NCBI RefSeq assembly: GCF_035594765.1
Contig: NC_085842.1
Span: forward strand, 19,506,782-19,570,781
From: Anolis carolinensis
Taxonomy: Eukaryota
Direction: 5' to 3'
Length of the DNA stretch: 64,000 nucleotides
Shown: one piece after another, positions 38,032-51,311 of the stretch
Position numbering within the stretch: the stretch's first letter is position 1
Layout: each line of letters starts with the position of its first letter
Notes under the pieces: generated by a model
The model's database searches: none
Told to the model about the DNA's origin: nothing
The model's input: only the letters and a program-made list of their open reading frames with translations
Translations under genes and position numbers: made by a program

Positions 38032-38159
38032 CAGGAGCAGGCACAGCCTCAACCGTTTCATCCATGACCTCCTTGTGTAGTTCTGTCTGTTCTGGATTCA
38101 AAATGCCCTCTTCTCGAGGAGGAAAGATGTGGCCACCTGTTGAAAGGTCAGTGGAATCT
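38032..38159 (-). CDS. ZNF gene B frameshifted KRAB-A exon; probable start ATG at 38065
   Basis: IPLTFQQVATSF and LNPEQTELHKEVMDET lie in different frames; splice sites TGTAG| and |GTAGGT intact; GTCATGG Kozak context in frame with the finger exon. Confidence 0.7.
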
Positions 38160-38374
38160 CTACAGAAAGAAAGAAGAAGAAAAAACATTTCCCCCTCAAA
38201 ACTAGTCTTAATGCAATGACAAACAAACAAAAAAGGGATGTTAATGTGGGGTGATGGGTCTTATATTACAGCACTAAAACTGCAAGTGGAATCCACAGCT
38301 TTCCTAACAAGAGACAAATTGTTTGCTTTTTAGTCTTCTTATGTGTTACTGTTGATGTACAATACAGTAAGAAT

Positions 38375-38580
38375 AACAGGGTTTTTGTGTGTTTTCTGGG
38401 CTGTATGGCCATGTTCCAGAAGTATTCTCTCCTGACGTTTCGCCCACATCTATGGCAGGCATCTGCCTGCCATAGAAGTGGGCGAAACGTCAGGAGAGAA
38501 TACTTCTGGAACATGGCCATACAGCCTGGAAAACATACAACTCCTCTGTGATCCCGGCCATGAAAGACTTCGACAACACA
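38375..38580. mobile_element. Penelope-like inverted fragment (hairpin)
   Basis: Two inverted copies of the terminal repeat joined at ~38460. Confidence 0.75.
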
Positions 38581-39275
38581 TAACAAATTCAGTTTGTTGA
38601 AATTAGCCTAATTAACTCCATTTTAACAATCTCACCCATTGGCTGTATTGTTTTGCTGAACTCTGCCATCTGACATATGCTAGAAATGATGTAGATGCAA
38701 TATCAGATGTCCAGGATCAACCTATGTAATTTGATGGTGATAGTGACACACTCTGAGAACATCCTTGTAAACAACAAGCAGTAAGTATCTCCATTCTGTG
38801 CAAGTCATATAGATCTTAGATAAGAATTGCCAAATACACATTAGATATTGCTTATGCACACTCCATCTTTTTTTTTTGAGGTCTGAAATCCTATAAAATA
38901 TTGATACTGAAATAAATTCCAGCTCAACCAGTGCTGTTAGTATATTGGACTGAAAGCATTACTGTGCATTCCTTTGGCCAAATATTTTATTTGCTGCACG
39001 GAGCCAAGTCAGGGCTGTACGATGGGGAAGCATTCAAAGCAGCCTCAAACGAGCCACATAGCACTCAGTTCATGAAATTGTAAACATTCAGGCAGAGGTA
39101 ATGAGGACTCTGAACAAGATATCAAGTGTTTGATTACAAGGAGTCTATTTTGAAAGGGATAAACTGTAATTAAATGTGTGCTCAATATAAAAAAAATCAA
39201 ACCCTTCTCATTCCTTTTGTGACAAGACACATATAATTCTGTGACAAAGCACATCCTTTTGAAGCCTGTCTTTAC

Positions 39276-39378
39276 CTTGCAATATGGTGTCCCTTCACTG
39301 TGGACTCTGCCTGTTATCCAAAGAAGTCTCTCCCGCAGCAGGGAAATCAGGCTGGATTTTCACAAATAACTTTTTCAC
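39276..39378 (-). other. ZNF gene B former coding linker exon, now probably 5'UTR
   Basis: 103-nt paralog of 16150-16252 with intact AG/GT, an in-frame TGA and no ATG. Confidence 0.7.
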
Positions 39379-40254
39379 CTGAAACAAGGATTTAGCATGC
39401 AACCATAAGGCTGAAGTGGCCCTTAATGAAAATGAATTAGCACCTCGGGCATAATAGAAAAATTTTAATAACGCAATCGGGGGTTCCCAACCTTTGGTCC
39501 TCCAGGTGTTTTGAACTTCAACTCCCATAAATCCCAGCCAGTTTAGCACCTGTTATGAATTGTCCAAGCTGAAGTCCAAAACACCTGGAGGACTAAAGGT
39601 TGAGAACCAGTGGTATAAACAGATAAACAAATAAATGAATCAGTCACCTGGCTATGTAGTTCCACAGAACCTAAACATTCTAATAGGAAAATGCCAACTT
39701 TGTGTTTTCAAAAATCTTCTCTCTCAGATCTTCTGAGTCACACTGTCTACATAAAATGAAGAGTTTTCTTGCCTCTCTCTCCCACGCAAAAGCTGCCCTG
39801 CTGTGAATGGCTGAAGTGTGCTGGACAGAGCATTCGCTTCTTTCAAGACTTATTTTGTGCCCAAGAACACCTGGATCGTCTCAGTTCTTTTCTAGAAAAG
39901 CTATCTTTAATCTGGATCATGTTTGTGAGGGGTATTTAAAGGGGGGGGGGGGAATCCCTTGTTCCTCTTCTGCAAATTTAATCTTCTTTCCAAATCATTC
40001 ATTTCAACTCTTCCAAGGCCTATGACAGCTATCCTCCCTTTCTTTGTGAAGGTGGCACTGTATTTCCCCCCAAATAAGCCTGAGTCTTCTATCTTTTGGA
40101 GCAAAAATGAAAATATTAGGGCAGGCATGGGCCAACTCGGGCCCTCCAGATGTTTTGGACTTCAACTTGGCTGTTAAGAATGGTGGAAGTTAAAGTCCAA
40201 AACATCTAGAGGGCCCAAGTTGGCCAATACCTGCATAAAGGCTTCTTTTCATGT

Positions 40255-42400
40255 AGAATCATAGAATCCTAGAGTTGGAAGAGACCTCATGGACCATCCA
40301 GTCCAACCCCCTGCCAAGAAGCCGGAAAATCGCATTCAAAGCCAACTCGACAGATGGCCATCCAACCTCTGTTTAAATGCCTCCAAAGGAGGAGCCTCCA
40401 CCACACTCTGGGGAAGAGCGTTCCACTGCTGAACAGCTCTCACAGTTAGGAAGTTCTTCCTAATGTTCAGGTGGAATCTCCTTTCCTGTAGTTTGAAGCC
40501 GTTGTTTGGTGTCCTAAGGCTTGTCCAGACAGTACTTTTATCCCAGGAGCTCCCGTAGCAATCAGGAAGGTGGCCAGACACCGTTCCCTGTAAACTCGGA
40601 AGCAATACTACAAAAGGCAAAAAACGTGAGATTTCCAAGGTGGAGAATATCACGTTTTTTAGCCAAATATCGCATGTCTGTATGTTGCTGCAATCTGAAA
40701 TCACTGAATTTTTTTTATCTGGGTTTGTTCCCGGGTTTTAGATGTTTGTTCTTGATTGGTTGGTTCCTAAAAAGGAGGTGACACTTGAGTAGAAGGCAAA
40801 AACTTTGTCCTGGAAAGAGGAACTTTGTCCTTCACCTGTTTAGTGAAATTTGTGGCAGAAAAATGAAGTTGCTGGGGTGGAACAAGTACTTTCACATTAA
40901 GTAGTACACAATGAAACAGGAACAAACACTTTCAAACCAGGAACAGAATGTCATCATTACTGTAATTAGTCAAACTTTGTTGTATTGACATCTGTGCAGA
41001 CAGGTTTCATGGTGTACTTGTGCCAGGAAACAACATGACGATGTTGCCAGGTTATACATGATGGTTCCTAACTGGGTGTATGCTAGCAACTTGGGTACAG
41101 TTTAGTAAATGGCAAAAATTTACTACTGGCAGTTGGAACATGAACGTGCTGGAGATGAATGTAAATACTGAGAGCCCAGGTCATGCAGGTGGCTAATAGG
41201 AACAGCCATGTATGACCCAGGAATGGCACCCTATTGTTCCATACCACAAGTACACAACTAAATCTGTCTGAACAGATGGACAGGCAGCCAGGCTCTAGAA
41301 AGTGTCAATAATGACAAAGTTCTGTTTCTGGCTTGAAAGTGTGTTCCTGTTTCATTGTGCAGTGTTGATTTGGGCAGAAGTGGTCCTATCTCACGAGATT
41401 TGTTTGTGTGGCAGATACTTCATGAAATATCTGGAGGGCACAGTTTTTCTGGCCAGGACAAAGAAAGGAACATTTGCAGAGATCTGCATATCTGCATCTC
41501 AAGAAAAAAGCTGCCAAGGTTTCGGATGGAAGTCCCGCGGTGGCCATCTTGGGAGCCTCTAGATCTTGGAACAAAACAGCATGTCTGGACAACAGAAGCA
41601 GAAATCTCAGGACTAACAGGTCTGTATGTGTATCTGAAGTCCTGAGATTTTTTGCCTGTTTAAAACCCATGATTTAGTGCTGTCTGGAAGCGCACAATCA
41701 CCAGGGCAGCAGAAAATAAGTCTGCTCCTTCCTCCCTATGACTTCCCCTCTCATATTTATACATAACCATCATGTCTCCTCTCAGCCTTCTCTTCTGCGG
41801 GCTGAACATGCCCAGCTCTTTAAGCCACTCCTCATAGGGCTTGTTCTCCAGACCCTTGATCATTTTAATTGCCCACCTCTGGACGCTTTCCAGTTTGTCA
41901 ACATCTCCCTTCAATTGCGGTGCCCAGAATTGAACACAGTATTCCAGGTGTGGTCTGACCAAGGCAGAATAGAGGGGGAGCATGACTTTCCTGGATCTAG
42001 ACGCTATACTCCTATTTATGTAGCCCAAAACCCCATTGGCTTTTAAAGCTGCCACATGACATTGTTGGCTCGTGTTTAACTTGTTGCCCATGAGGCATCC
42101 AAGGTCTTTTTCACATGTACTGCTGTCAAACCAGGCATCCCCCATTCTGTATCTTTGTATTTCATTTTGTCTGCCTAAGTGGAATATCTTGCATTGTCCC
42201 TGCTGAACTTCATTTTGTTAGCTTCGACCAATCATCTCTCTAATCTGTTAAAATCATTTTGAATTCTGCACCTATCTTCTGGAGTATTGGTTATCTCTCT
42301 CAATTTGGTGTCATCTGCGAACCTGATCATGCCTTTTAACCCTTCATCTAAGTCATTAATAAAGATGTTGAACAGAATCGGGCCAGGAGGGAGGAACCCT
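40255..42400 (-). mobile_element. CR1 LINE 3' portion interrupted at 40518-41694
   Basis: PLYSALVRPHLEYCVQFWAP (CR1 ORF2) and (GATTCTAT) tail. Confidence 0.85.
40518..41694. mobile_element. probable non-autonomous DNA transposon (PIF/Harbinger-like TIRs)
   Basis: Inverted termini TCCAGACAGTACT / AGTGCTGTCTGGA; splits a contiguous CR1. Confidence 0.45.
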
Positions 42401-42669
42401 GCTTATGGCACTTCTCACTTCATTCCAGGATGATTTCCCCCCAAATAAGCCTGAGTCTTGTTTATTTTGGAGCAACAGTGAATATATTAGGGCGGGAAGG
42501 CATGGGCCAACTTGGGCCCTCCGGGTGTTTTGGAATTCAACTCCCACCATTCCCAACAGCTGGTAGAAGTTGAAGTCCAAAACACCCGGAGGGCCCAAGT
42601 TGGCCCGTGCCTGCATAAAGGCTTCTTTTCATGTACAAGAATTCATTCATTCATTTATTCATGTACAAC

Positions 42670-43672
42670 AATCTGCACTTATTCAGAAACAGTCACGTCA
42701 TCTTCTGAAATGTCATCATAACAATGAATTACGTATAAATATAAATTTGATTATTTTAGGGGCCCCTGGTGGCACAGTGTGTTAAAACACTGAACTGCTG
42801 AACTTGCGGACAAAAAGGTCCCAGGTTCAAATCCCGGGAGCAGAGTGAGCATCTGCTGTTAGCCCCAGCTCCTGCCAACCTAACAGTTCGAAAACATGCA
42901 AATGCACCAACCCCCAGAGTCAGACATGACTGGACTTAACGTCAGGGGAAACCTTTACCTTTACTTATTTTATAATCTGCACTTATTCACAGTTATGTCA
43001 CCTTCTGGAACGCCATCATAACATAATGCCAACAATATTATTCATTTACATTGAATTATGTATAAGTAAAGGTAAAGGTTTCCCCTGACGTTAAGTCCAG
43101 TCATGTCTGACTCTGGGGGTTGATGCTCATCTCCATTTCTAAGCCGAAGAGCCGGCATTGTCCGTAGACACCTCCAAGGTCATGTGGCCGGCATGACTGC
43201 ATGGAGCGCCGTTACCTTCTCGCCGGAGCGGTACCTATTGATCTACTCACATTTGCATGTTTTTGAATTGCTAGGTTGACAGGAGCTGGCATTAACAGCG
43301 GGTGCTCAAGCCGCTCCCATATGTATAAATATTATTATTTTATAATCTGCACTTATTCAGACACAATTATGTCACCTTCTGGAACGCCGTCATAACATAA
43401 TGCCAACAATATTATTCCTTTACATTGAATTACGTATAAATATTATTATTTTACAATCTGCACTTATTCAGACAAAATTATGTCACCTTCTGGAACACCA
43501 TCATAACATAATGCCAACAATATTATCCATTTACATTGAATTACATATCATTATTATTATTTCACAATCTGCACTTATTCAGACACAATTATGTCACCTT
43601 CTGGAACGCCATCATAACATAATGCCAACAATATTATTCATCGATATTGATTTATGTATAAATATTATTTTA
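42670..43672. repeat. 111-bp tandem repeat interrupted by two Sauria SINEs (~42759-42963 +, ~43066-43318 -)
   Basis: ATCTGCACTTATTCA recurs at ~42671, 42975, 43345, 43456, 43567. Confidence 0.85.
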
Positions 43673-44136
43673 TAACTCAATATGTCTGTCGTGTGACTAC
43701 ATATTAATGTTCTTATTTTATAATTTAATGTCTATCGTGGTTCTAGCATACAAGCTTAATGGGTTTATTTTTGGGAGGGGTGGGGACTTAGATTAGGACC
43801 ATCCTTAAAAATTATGGTAGGGCTTATTTTTTTCCTGGTGAGGTCTGATTTTTCAGAGAGAGGGTTCTTTGGGAGGCAATGGAGGCTGCCTACTCCCTTT
43901 CATTGGGAGGCAGGGCCTGGTTTAGACGACAGATGGTCTCCCCTCCTCCCTTCTTGGCTCCCCTAGAGGCCCTTCAAGGCAGAGCCTTCTGTTGGGAGGA
44001 CAATATGAGGGCCCTCCAGATGGCTGGGGAAGAGGAGGCCTCTCTGCACAAAAGGAAGGAATTAAAACAGGAATTAAGAGAGGAAGGGCCTGCTCCCGGC
44101 CCTAAAAAGCCCCCTGTCCTCCCCTCCCAAGCTCAC

Positions 44137-44280
44137 CTCAGGCCTCCTTCTCCTCCGCACACAAAAGAGCGACTGACGGCTTCTGAAGCTCCCCTTCCAA
44201 GGCTTGGGTTCCTCCCTTCCGCTTCCGGCATCACGTGACCGAAGCCCTGCCAGGCTCTGGGCAGGAGCTGTCCAATCACA
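44137..44280 (-). promoter_or_regulatory. promoter / first exon of ZNF gene B
   Basis: CpG patch; CCAAT 44272, E-box TCACGTGAC 44231-44239, tandem ETS-type CGGAAG; donor GAG|GTGAGC at 44136. Confidence 0.65.
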
Positions 44281-44511
44281 TCCCTGAGAACAGCAGAAAG
44301 GGGGAGGAGCCGTTGCCTGTATGTCTTCTTCTTCTCTAACAAAGCCAGCACAGAATGGCAGTCAGCCTAACCCCAGGGAAGCATCCCATCAAGCCTTTGA
44401 CAGGGGAATATGCTCCTGCCTGGGAGTCTCCTCTGCTTTTCAACAGGGGCTGGGTGGCCATCTGCTAGGAGTGCTTCGATTGTGTTTTCCTCTAGGGTAG
44501 AATGGGGTTGG

Positions 44512-44843
44512 GGGCCCCTGGTGGCACAGTGCGTTAAAGCGCTGAGCTGCTGAACTTGCGGACCAAAAGGTCCCAGGTTCAAATCCCGGGAGCGGAATGA
44601 GCGTCCGCTGTTAGCCCCAGCACCTGCCAACCTAGCAGTTCAAAAACATGCAAATGTAAGTAGATCAATAGGTACCGCTCCGGCGAGAAGGTAACGGCGC
44701 TCCATGCAGTCATGCCAGTGACCACATGACCTTTGAGGTGTCTATGGACAACGCCGGCTCTTCGGCTTAGAAATAGAGATGAGCACCAACCCCCATAGTC
44801 GGTCATGACTGGACTTAACATCAAGGGAAAACCTTTACCTTTA
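44512..44843 (+). mobile_element. Sauria SINE (near full length)
   Basis: tRNA-like head and ACCTTTACCTTTAC tail. Confidence 0.88.
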
Positions 44844-45537
44844 CTTAGAATGGGGTTGGACTGGATGGCCCCTTATGGTCTCTTCCCACTCCAGCTCTTC
44901 TCCATTCTAGCATATAAGCAACCTACTGGCTGTTAGGAATTGTGGGAGTTGAAGTCCAAAACACCTGGAAGGAGGGCCCAAGTTTGCCCTTGCCTAGCAC
45001 TTTACAGAAATATATTTATTTATTAGCAACATTTCTATCTTGCCCTACTCACCCCGAAGGGGACTCAGGGTGGCTTACAAGTTATGTGTACATACAATAT
45101 AATATATTAGCATAGCACAATATAAGCATTATAAATTACTATATTGTACTTTAACACTATCTTGTAATATTATTAGTGGCTCAAGTATTTTATAATGTAT
45201 GGTTTTAAATCTATTTATTGTATTTTGTTAAATTATCTAATTGTTTTAATGGCTTATGTGTTATCTTTTCGTATTGTATATTGCCATTGAATTTTGCCAG
45301 ATTGTGAGCTGCCCTGAGTCCCTTCGGGTGAGAAGGGCGGGATAGAAATGATGGAAATAAATAAATAAATAAGTAATATTACATGTAATATAAATATACA
45401 AGTATAATCGTGTATTATTATATTGTATTACATTATAATATTATCAATATTATATGTATATACAATATATTCTATTATTAGTATATCATAATATATGAAT
45501 ATTACATATTATTACATTGTTAGAAATATATTCCTGC

Positions 45538-47130
45538 ATGGGTGTTGCTGTGAGTTTTCCGGGCTGTCTGGCCATGTTCCAGAAGCATTCTCTCCTGACG
45601 TTTTGTCCACATCTATGGCAGGCATCCTCAGAGGTTGTGAGGCATATTGGAAACTAGGCAAGTGGGGTTTATATATCTGTGGAAGGTGTAGGGTGGGAGA
45701 AAGTACTCTTGTCTGTTGGAGGCAAGTGTGAATGTATTAATTAATCACTTCGATTAGCACTGAAAAGCCTTGCAGCTTAAAGGCCTGGCTGATTCCTGCC
45801 TGTGGAAATCCTTTGTTGGGAGGTGTTAGCTGGTCCTGGTTGCTTGCTTATTTATTTATGTATATTTATTACCGACATTTATATCCTGCCCTTCTCAGCC
45901 TGAAGGGGACTCAGGGCGGCTCACAAGTCATATGTACATACAATATATTATATTTTTCGTATAGCACAATATAAGCATTATTTATTACTATATTGTACTA
46001 TAACACTATATTGTAATATTATTAGTAATATTACATGTAATATAAATATATAAATTGTTTCATGTCTGGAATTCCCTATTTTCAGAGTGTTGTTCTTTAT
46101 TTACTGTCCTGATTATACAGGGTTTTTTTTTTATACTGGTAGTCAGATTTTGCTCATTTTCATGGTTTTTGTTGAAATTGTCCACATGCTTGTGGATTTC
46201 AATAGCTTCTCTGTGTCTTCTGACATAGTGGTTGGTCCAGCATTTCCGTGTTTTGAAATAATATGCTGTGTCATCTAGTCCACTGCTATAACTGACTTCT
46301 CTGGTTGAGTTAGTCTGCAGTCGTTTCATGTTCCTAGATTCGTGTTTGAATGCTAACAGACCCACTAAGAAAATCTACAGACCCACCCAGAAAATCTAAC
46401 AAATGCTACGTTCAGCAAAGAACAAGAGGGATCCTCTCACCTCTGCAGGAGTCTACCGTATACCATGCAGCTGTGGACAAGTCTACAGAGGGACCACCAA
46501 ATGCAGCACCCAAACTCAAATCAAGGAACATGAAAGGCACTGCAGACTAACTCAACCAGAGAAGTCAGCCATAGCAGGGCACTTGATAAACCAATCTAGA
46601 AATGCTGGACCACTCTAACAACCGCCATGTCAGACTACACAGAGAAACCACTGAAATCCGCAAGCATGTGAACAATTTCAACAGAAAGGAGAAAACCATG
46701 AAAATGAACAAAATCTGGCTACCAGTATTAAACTCCAAAACTAGGACAGTAAATAAAAAACAGCACTAAATAAACAGAGGGATTCCTGACATGAAACAAT
46801 CAGGGCCAGGTAACACCTCCCAACAAAGGATTCCCCCCCATGCAGGAATTAGCAAAGCCTTGAAACTCCAAGGCCTTTGAATGATAATTAAGGTAATTAA
46901 TTATAATATTCACACTTGCCTCCAACAGACAAGAGTTCTTTTTCCCACCCTGGACCTTCCACAGATATATAAACCTCTCCCATGCCTAGTTTCCAATATA
47001 TCTCACAACCTCTGAGGATGCCTGCCATAGATGTGGGCGAAACGTCAGGAAAGAATGCTTCTGAACATGGCCATACAGCCTGGAAAACATAGCATCCCAA
47101 TGATTCCGGCCATGAAAGCTTTCGACAACA
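45538..47130. mobile_element. Penelope-like retroelement, inverted arrangement, with GIY-YIG endonuclease remnant
   Basis: SAGVYRIPCSCGQVYRGTT...IKEHERHCR (46403-46618 +); inverted partial copy at 45538-46335. Confidence 0.88.
47009..47049 (+). ncRNA. minimal type I hammerhead ribozyme (Penelope-associated)
   Basis: CCT-CTGAGGA-T-GCCTGC-catagat-GTGGGC-GAAA-CGTC-AGG: catalytic boxes, stem II, stem I and GUC cleavage triplet. Confidence 0.7.
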
Positions 47131-48473
47131 TTTTCTTTAGGTTTCCAACTGGACTTTTAAAATTACAATTATAAAGAAAGGGGCTGGAAGTAAAGGGTCA
47201 AAAAAGGAGGGGGGGGAAAACAAGGTGATTTTCTTTCCAAAAACAGAGTAAGTTTGTTATTGTACTATTGCACAACAAAATTAAATGCTTTTCCCAGCGC
47301 ACACCCAAACACACAATCCGCCACCACACAGCCCCCAATGTCACATCAGTGCAAAGCCACGGAGTTCAATATAGCCATAGCTCTAGGATAAAAGCTATCT
47401 CACAGTCTGTTTGTCCTTGCCTTTGTCACTCTGTACTGTCTCCCAGAGGGTAATAATTCAAAAAAAGATAATAGGTCCTTAAGAATCTTCCGAGCTTTCT
47501 TAAGACAGCTAAGCAGAGTAAGGGAGAGGAGAAACCAACAGGATCAAATGGGAGGAATAATGAAGAAAAACATCCCATTTAATTTTTCTTTAGAGTTGAC
47601 AGACTAAATAAGGGATGGAGCTCCCCAAAACAAAGAACACCTTCAGTCTCATTTTAAAAAATCAGCAATATTAGTTTCGTTATACAATTTTTAAAGATTG
47701 TAATTTCCCAACATGTCTCTTATATCAGCAGTACACCAAATCAAACTAACTTCACTTATCTTCGCCCTAAAACAATAATCACAAAATGTAAAAAACCACA
47801 ATAGTAAAAAATGTCTCAAAAGAGGTAAAGAATGGGCTATTCAGCTGCTTCCAGTGAACCCAAATCTCTGTAACCCAGTGGTCCCCAACCTTTGGGCCTC
47901 CAGGTGTTTTGGACTTCAGCTCCCACAGTTCCTCAGCTGACTGGGATCTGGGAGTTGAAGTCAAAAATACCTGGAAGCCCAAAGGTTGGGAAACACTGCT
48001 GTAATCAGATGCAGTGCCTCCAAGGAGGTAGAAAATGGAGCAAACTTGTTTGCTGCCCCTCTGGGATCTTAACCAGTGGATTCAACTCAAAGGAAGGCAA
48101 AATTCTGAAAATAAATGCAAGGAAAAACTTCCTACTGTTGAGAATGGAAGTTGATGCTTTAAATAGCATCCTCTTAGGAATGTCTTAGTGACGGATTTAT
48201 GGATTGAGAAAGATATGACTCGCTGGCACTTGGGGTCTAAATCAATGTAGGATTCAGTGATTTCTCTGTGGATTCTGATATAATAACTGCTCTGCTTTCA
48301 AGGGGAAAAAATCCTCAGTGCTCTTCTCAGTGTGAACTGTCTTATGCTGCCCGAGAGCTGAATTCTGGGTAAAACATGTCCCACACTCCTAGCAATTGTA
48401 GCATTTCTTGCCTGTGTGGACTCTGGTGGATGACCACTTTTCTATGGTTTCTATGGCAGAACTCTAGGCTTTT

Positions 48474-49741
48474 CTATGGTTCCTTTCCTTTATGCATTCT
48501 CTTGTGTTTCACAAGTCCTGACTTGGAAACATAGCATTTTTCACAATCCTCACATTTGTATTCTTCCTCTCCTTTGTGGATTTTCTGATGAATGACAAGA
48601 CATGACTTGGAAGAAAAGCGTTTTCCACATTCCTCGCATGAGTATGGTTTCTCTCCTGTGTGGGTTCTCTGGTGGATGACAAGATCTGGTTTCCGGGCAT
48701 AGCATTTCCCACACTCCTGGCACTTATATGGTTTTTCTCCTGTGTGGATTCTCTGGTGATTCCATAGTTCTGGCTTGGAATTAAAACATTTCCCACACTC
48801 CTGGCACCCGTACGGTTTTTCTCCTGTGTGGGTTCTCTGGTGGATGATAAGCACTGAATTTCGGGCATAACATTTCCCACACTCCTGGCATCTGAATGGT
48901 TTCTCTCCTGTGTGGACCCTTTTGTGGATCACAAATGATGACTTGGAAACAAAACATTTCTCACACTCCTGGCATTTGTATGGCTTCTCTCCTGTGTGGA
49001 TTCTCTGGTGTTTAAGTAGTCCTGACCTGGAATTAAAACACTTCCCACATTCTTGACAGTTGTACAGTTTCTTTCCTGTGTGGATTCCTTGGTGGACAAC
49101 AAGCACTGAATGTTGGGCATAACATTTCCCACATTCCTGGCATTTGTATGGCTTTTCCCCTGTGTGGATTCTCTGGTGGATCAGAAGTACTGAATTGGAA
49201 ACAAAACATTTCCCACACTTTTGGCATCTGTAAGGTTTCTCTCCCGTGTGGGTTCTCTGGTGTCTGAGGAGTCCAGATGTAGAATTAAAACACTTCCCAC
49301 ATTCTTGGCAGCTGTATGGTTTCTCTCCTGTGTGGATCACCTGGTGTTGCCGAAGATGTGACTTGGAAGCAAAGCATTTTCCACACTCCTGGCATCTGTA
49401 TGGTTTCTCTCCTGTGTGAATTATCTGGTGGATCACAAGGCGTGATTTGAAAGTAAAACATTTTCCACACTCCTGGCATTTGTGTGCTTTCTCTGCTATA
49501 TGGTATTCCTCGTGCTGCAATTTGAGATCAACACCTTTCATCGAAAGTTCATATCCAAAGTGGTTCTCTTCCTGCTGCATTCTCTCATCACACACATGCG
49601 TAATGTTTGGGGCAAAATATCTTCCACAGCTGGTGCATATGCAGGACATCTCTTCAGGACATTTTTCTTCCATGCAGGCTTCTTCGTGTTTGGGAATGTT
49701 TTGACAATGGTTGGCAAAGGCATTTTTTCCCTTCCAGTTAC
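48474..49741 (-). CDS. ZNF gene C C2H2 zinc-finger exon (12 fingers)
   Basis: Open C2H2 array; acceptor TTTTAGCAG|GT. Model join(52775-52362,51753-51651,51311-51253,50562-50436,49741-48474) = 656 aa. Confidence 0.93.
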
Positions 49742-50435
49742 CTGCTAAAAGAAAATCAGTATATGAAAATACATTCCCAAGTTTCAGCAAAAAGAAATAT
49801 CAGGGATCAAAGACATAGGTAAATAAGAACTTAATAGGAAAGGATCCTCAGAAGAAGCAACACATCTGCATTGGTCCTTCCTGGGTCCAGCTGAAATGTT
49901 TTCTATTTTTCATTAAGAGTGGCCATGCTAGTTGGAAGGTGGATCTTGAGGCATGTAGTCCAGAATAATATTATTTTAATCTCACAATCTCTGAGTTTTT
50001 TTTGAGTTTCATTTACTTACATTAGGTCTGGAGCTCTTAAAATAAGCTTTGATTAGTTCCATTCTACAGGTGGAATGGAAACATGAGCCTGAACATATGC
50101 TCAGGGTAGTTATATTCCAAACTGTGGTATCTCCAAACTGGAAGCTGCTCAAGTCCCTGAAGCTCAGAGAGGATCAAAGATGAGAAGAGTGGCAACCAGA
50201 AACCCATAAAGACAGGTGGAGATGTACAACTGCTCTGATCATGCAGCACCAATGTCCAAACTGAAGGCATACAATCGACACTGGAAACAGCTGCAAGGAA
50301 GGGCCTGGCCTGGAAGGAGAGCAGTCCCAGTCCTGCCTTAAGAAAACTCCCAGTGCTTGGTTGCTGTCCTTGTTCTGAGTAGTCTGGCATTTTAAAATAG
50401 ATATGATTACAAGCAAAAGAAAGAAAAGGCCATAC

Positions 50436-50562
50436 CAAGAGGACACATGATGCTACAGGTTTCCTCCATGACCTCGTTGTACAGGGCTCTCTGATCCGCA
50501 TTTAGGAAGACCCACTCTTCTGGGAGGAAAGATACGGCCACCTCTTCAAAGGTCACTGGAAC
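50436..50562 (-). CDS. ZNF gene C KRAB-A exon
   Basis: 127 nt, [43 protein letters not shown]. Confidence 0.9.
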
Positions 50563-51252
50563 CTCAATTAAAAAAGAGAAAACATTTCCTGCTCAAACCC
50601 TGCATCAAAGCAATAGACAGTATATGCATTATATGGCAATGGGGATAGGGCCAAACATAACACAAATCTGAGTTAATGCGGGGCAATTGGGTCTTATATT
50701 GCAGGCTTAAAACTTCAAGTGGCATTCACAGACTTCTTAGCATAACAACTTATTTGCCTGTTCATCCATGTGCTGCTAGCCATTATCCAGGAGTAGAGAT
50801 ATTGCTTTGAATATCAAAACACTCAAAAATTACTATGGCCATCATGACTTGGCATACAGGACTACCTAGATGCATCTGTTTGCACAATTTGGGAATCAGG
50901 ACAGTGGGACAGGTGGACCTTTTGTCTGACCCAGCAGGTACTTTCTTACACTTCCAGCTTTGCTACAAGCAACAAGGGGATGGGGTTCCTCTTGTCCAGG
51001 TAGGAGACTCAACACCAGACCTGCATCAACTGAGTGCCAATTGCCTACATTTTGCTTTGGAATCTCCCCAATTCTTTGTCTTTCAGTCTGGGTACTACTT
51101 GCAAACCATAGGAGCAAATTGTTTAAATCTCTACAACTTTACACCCAAAGTATTTAGGAAGCTCCCAGGTTTTGTTATTATTTTCATTACTGAGGACTAA
51201 AATTGGAGATAGAGGATCTCTAACAAATGTTTCCGGTGAACCTTTTCCTTAC

Positions 51253-51311
51253 CTGAAATATTCCTCCTCCATTGTAACCAAGAGCCATTGTTCCCTGTGT
51301 TACTTCAGCCC
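51253..51311 (-). CDS. ZNF gene C linker exon (59 nt)
   Basis: Paralog of 16562-16620, AG/GT intact. Confidence 0.8.

Noticed and set aside
44512-44600. tRNA gene-like A/B boxes
   Set aside because: Heads of SINEs continuing into SINE bodies; no full cloverleaf.
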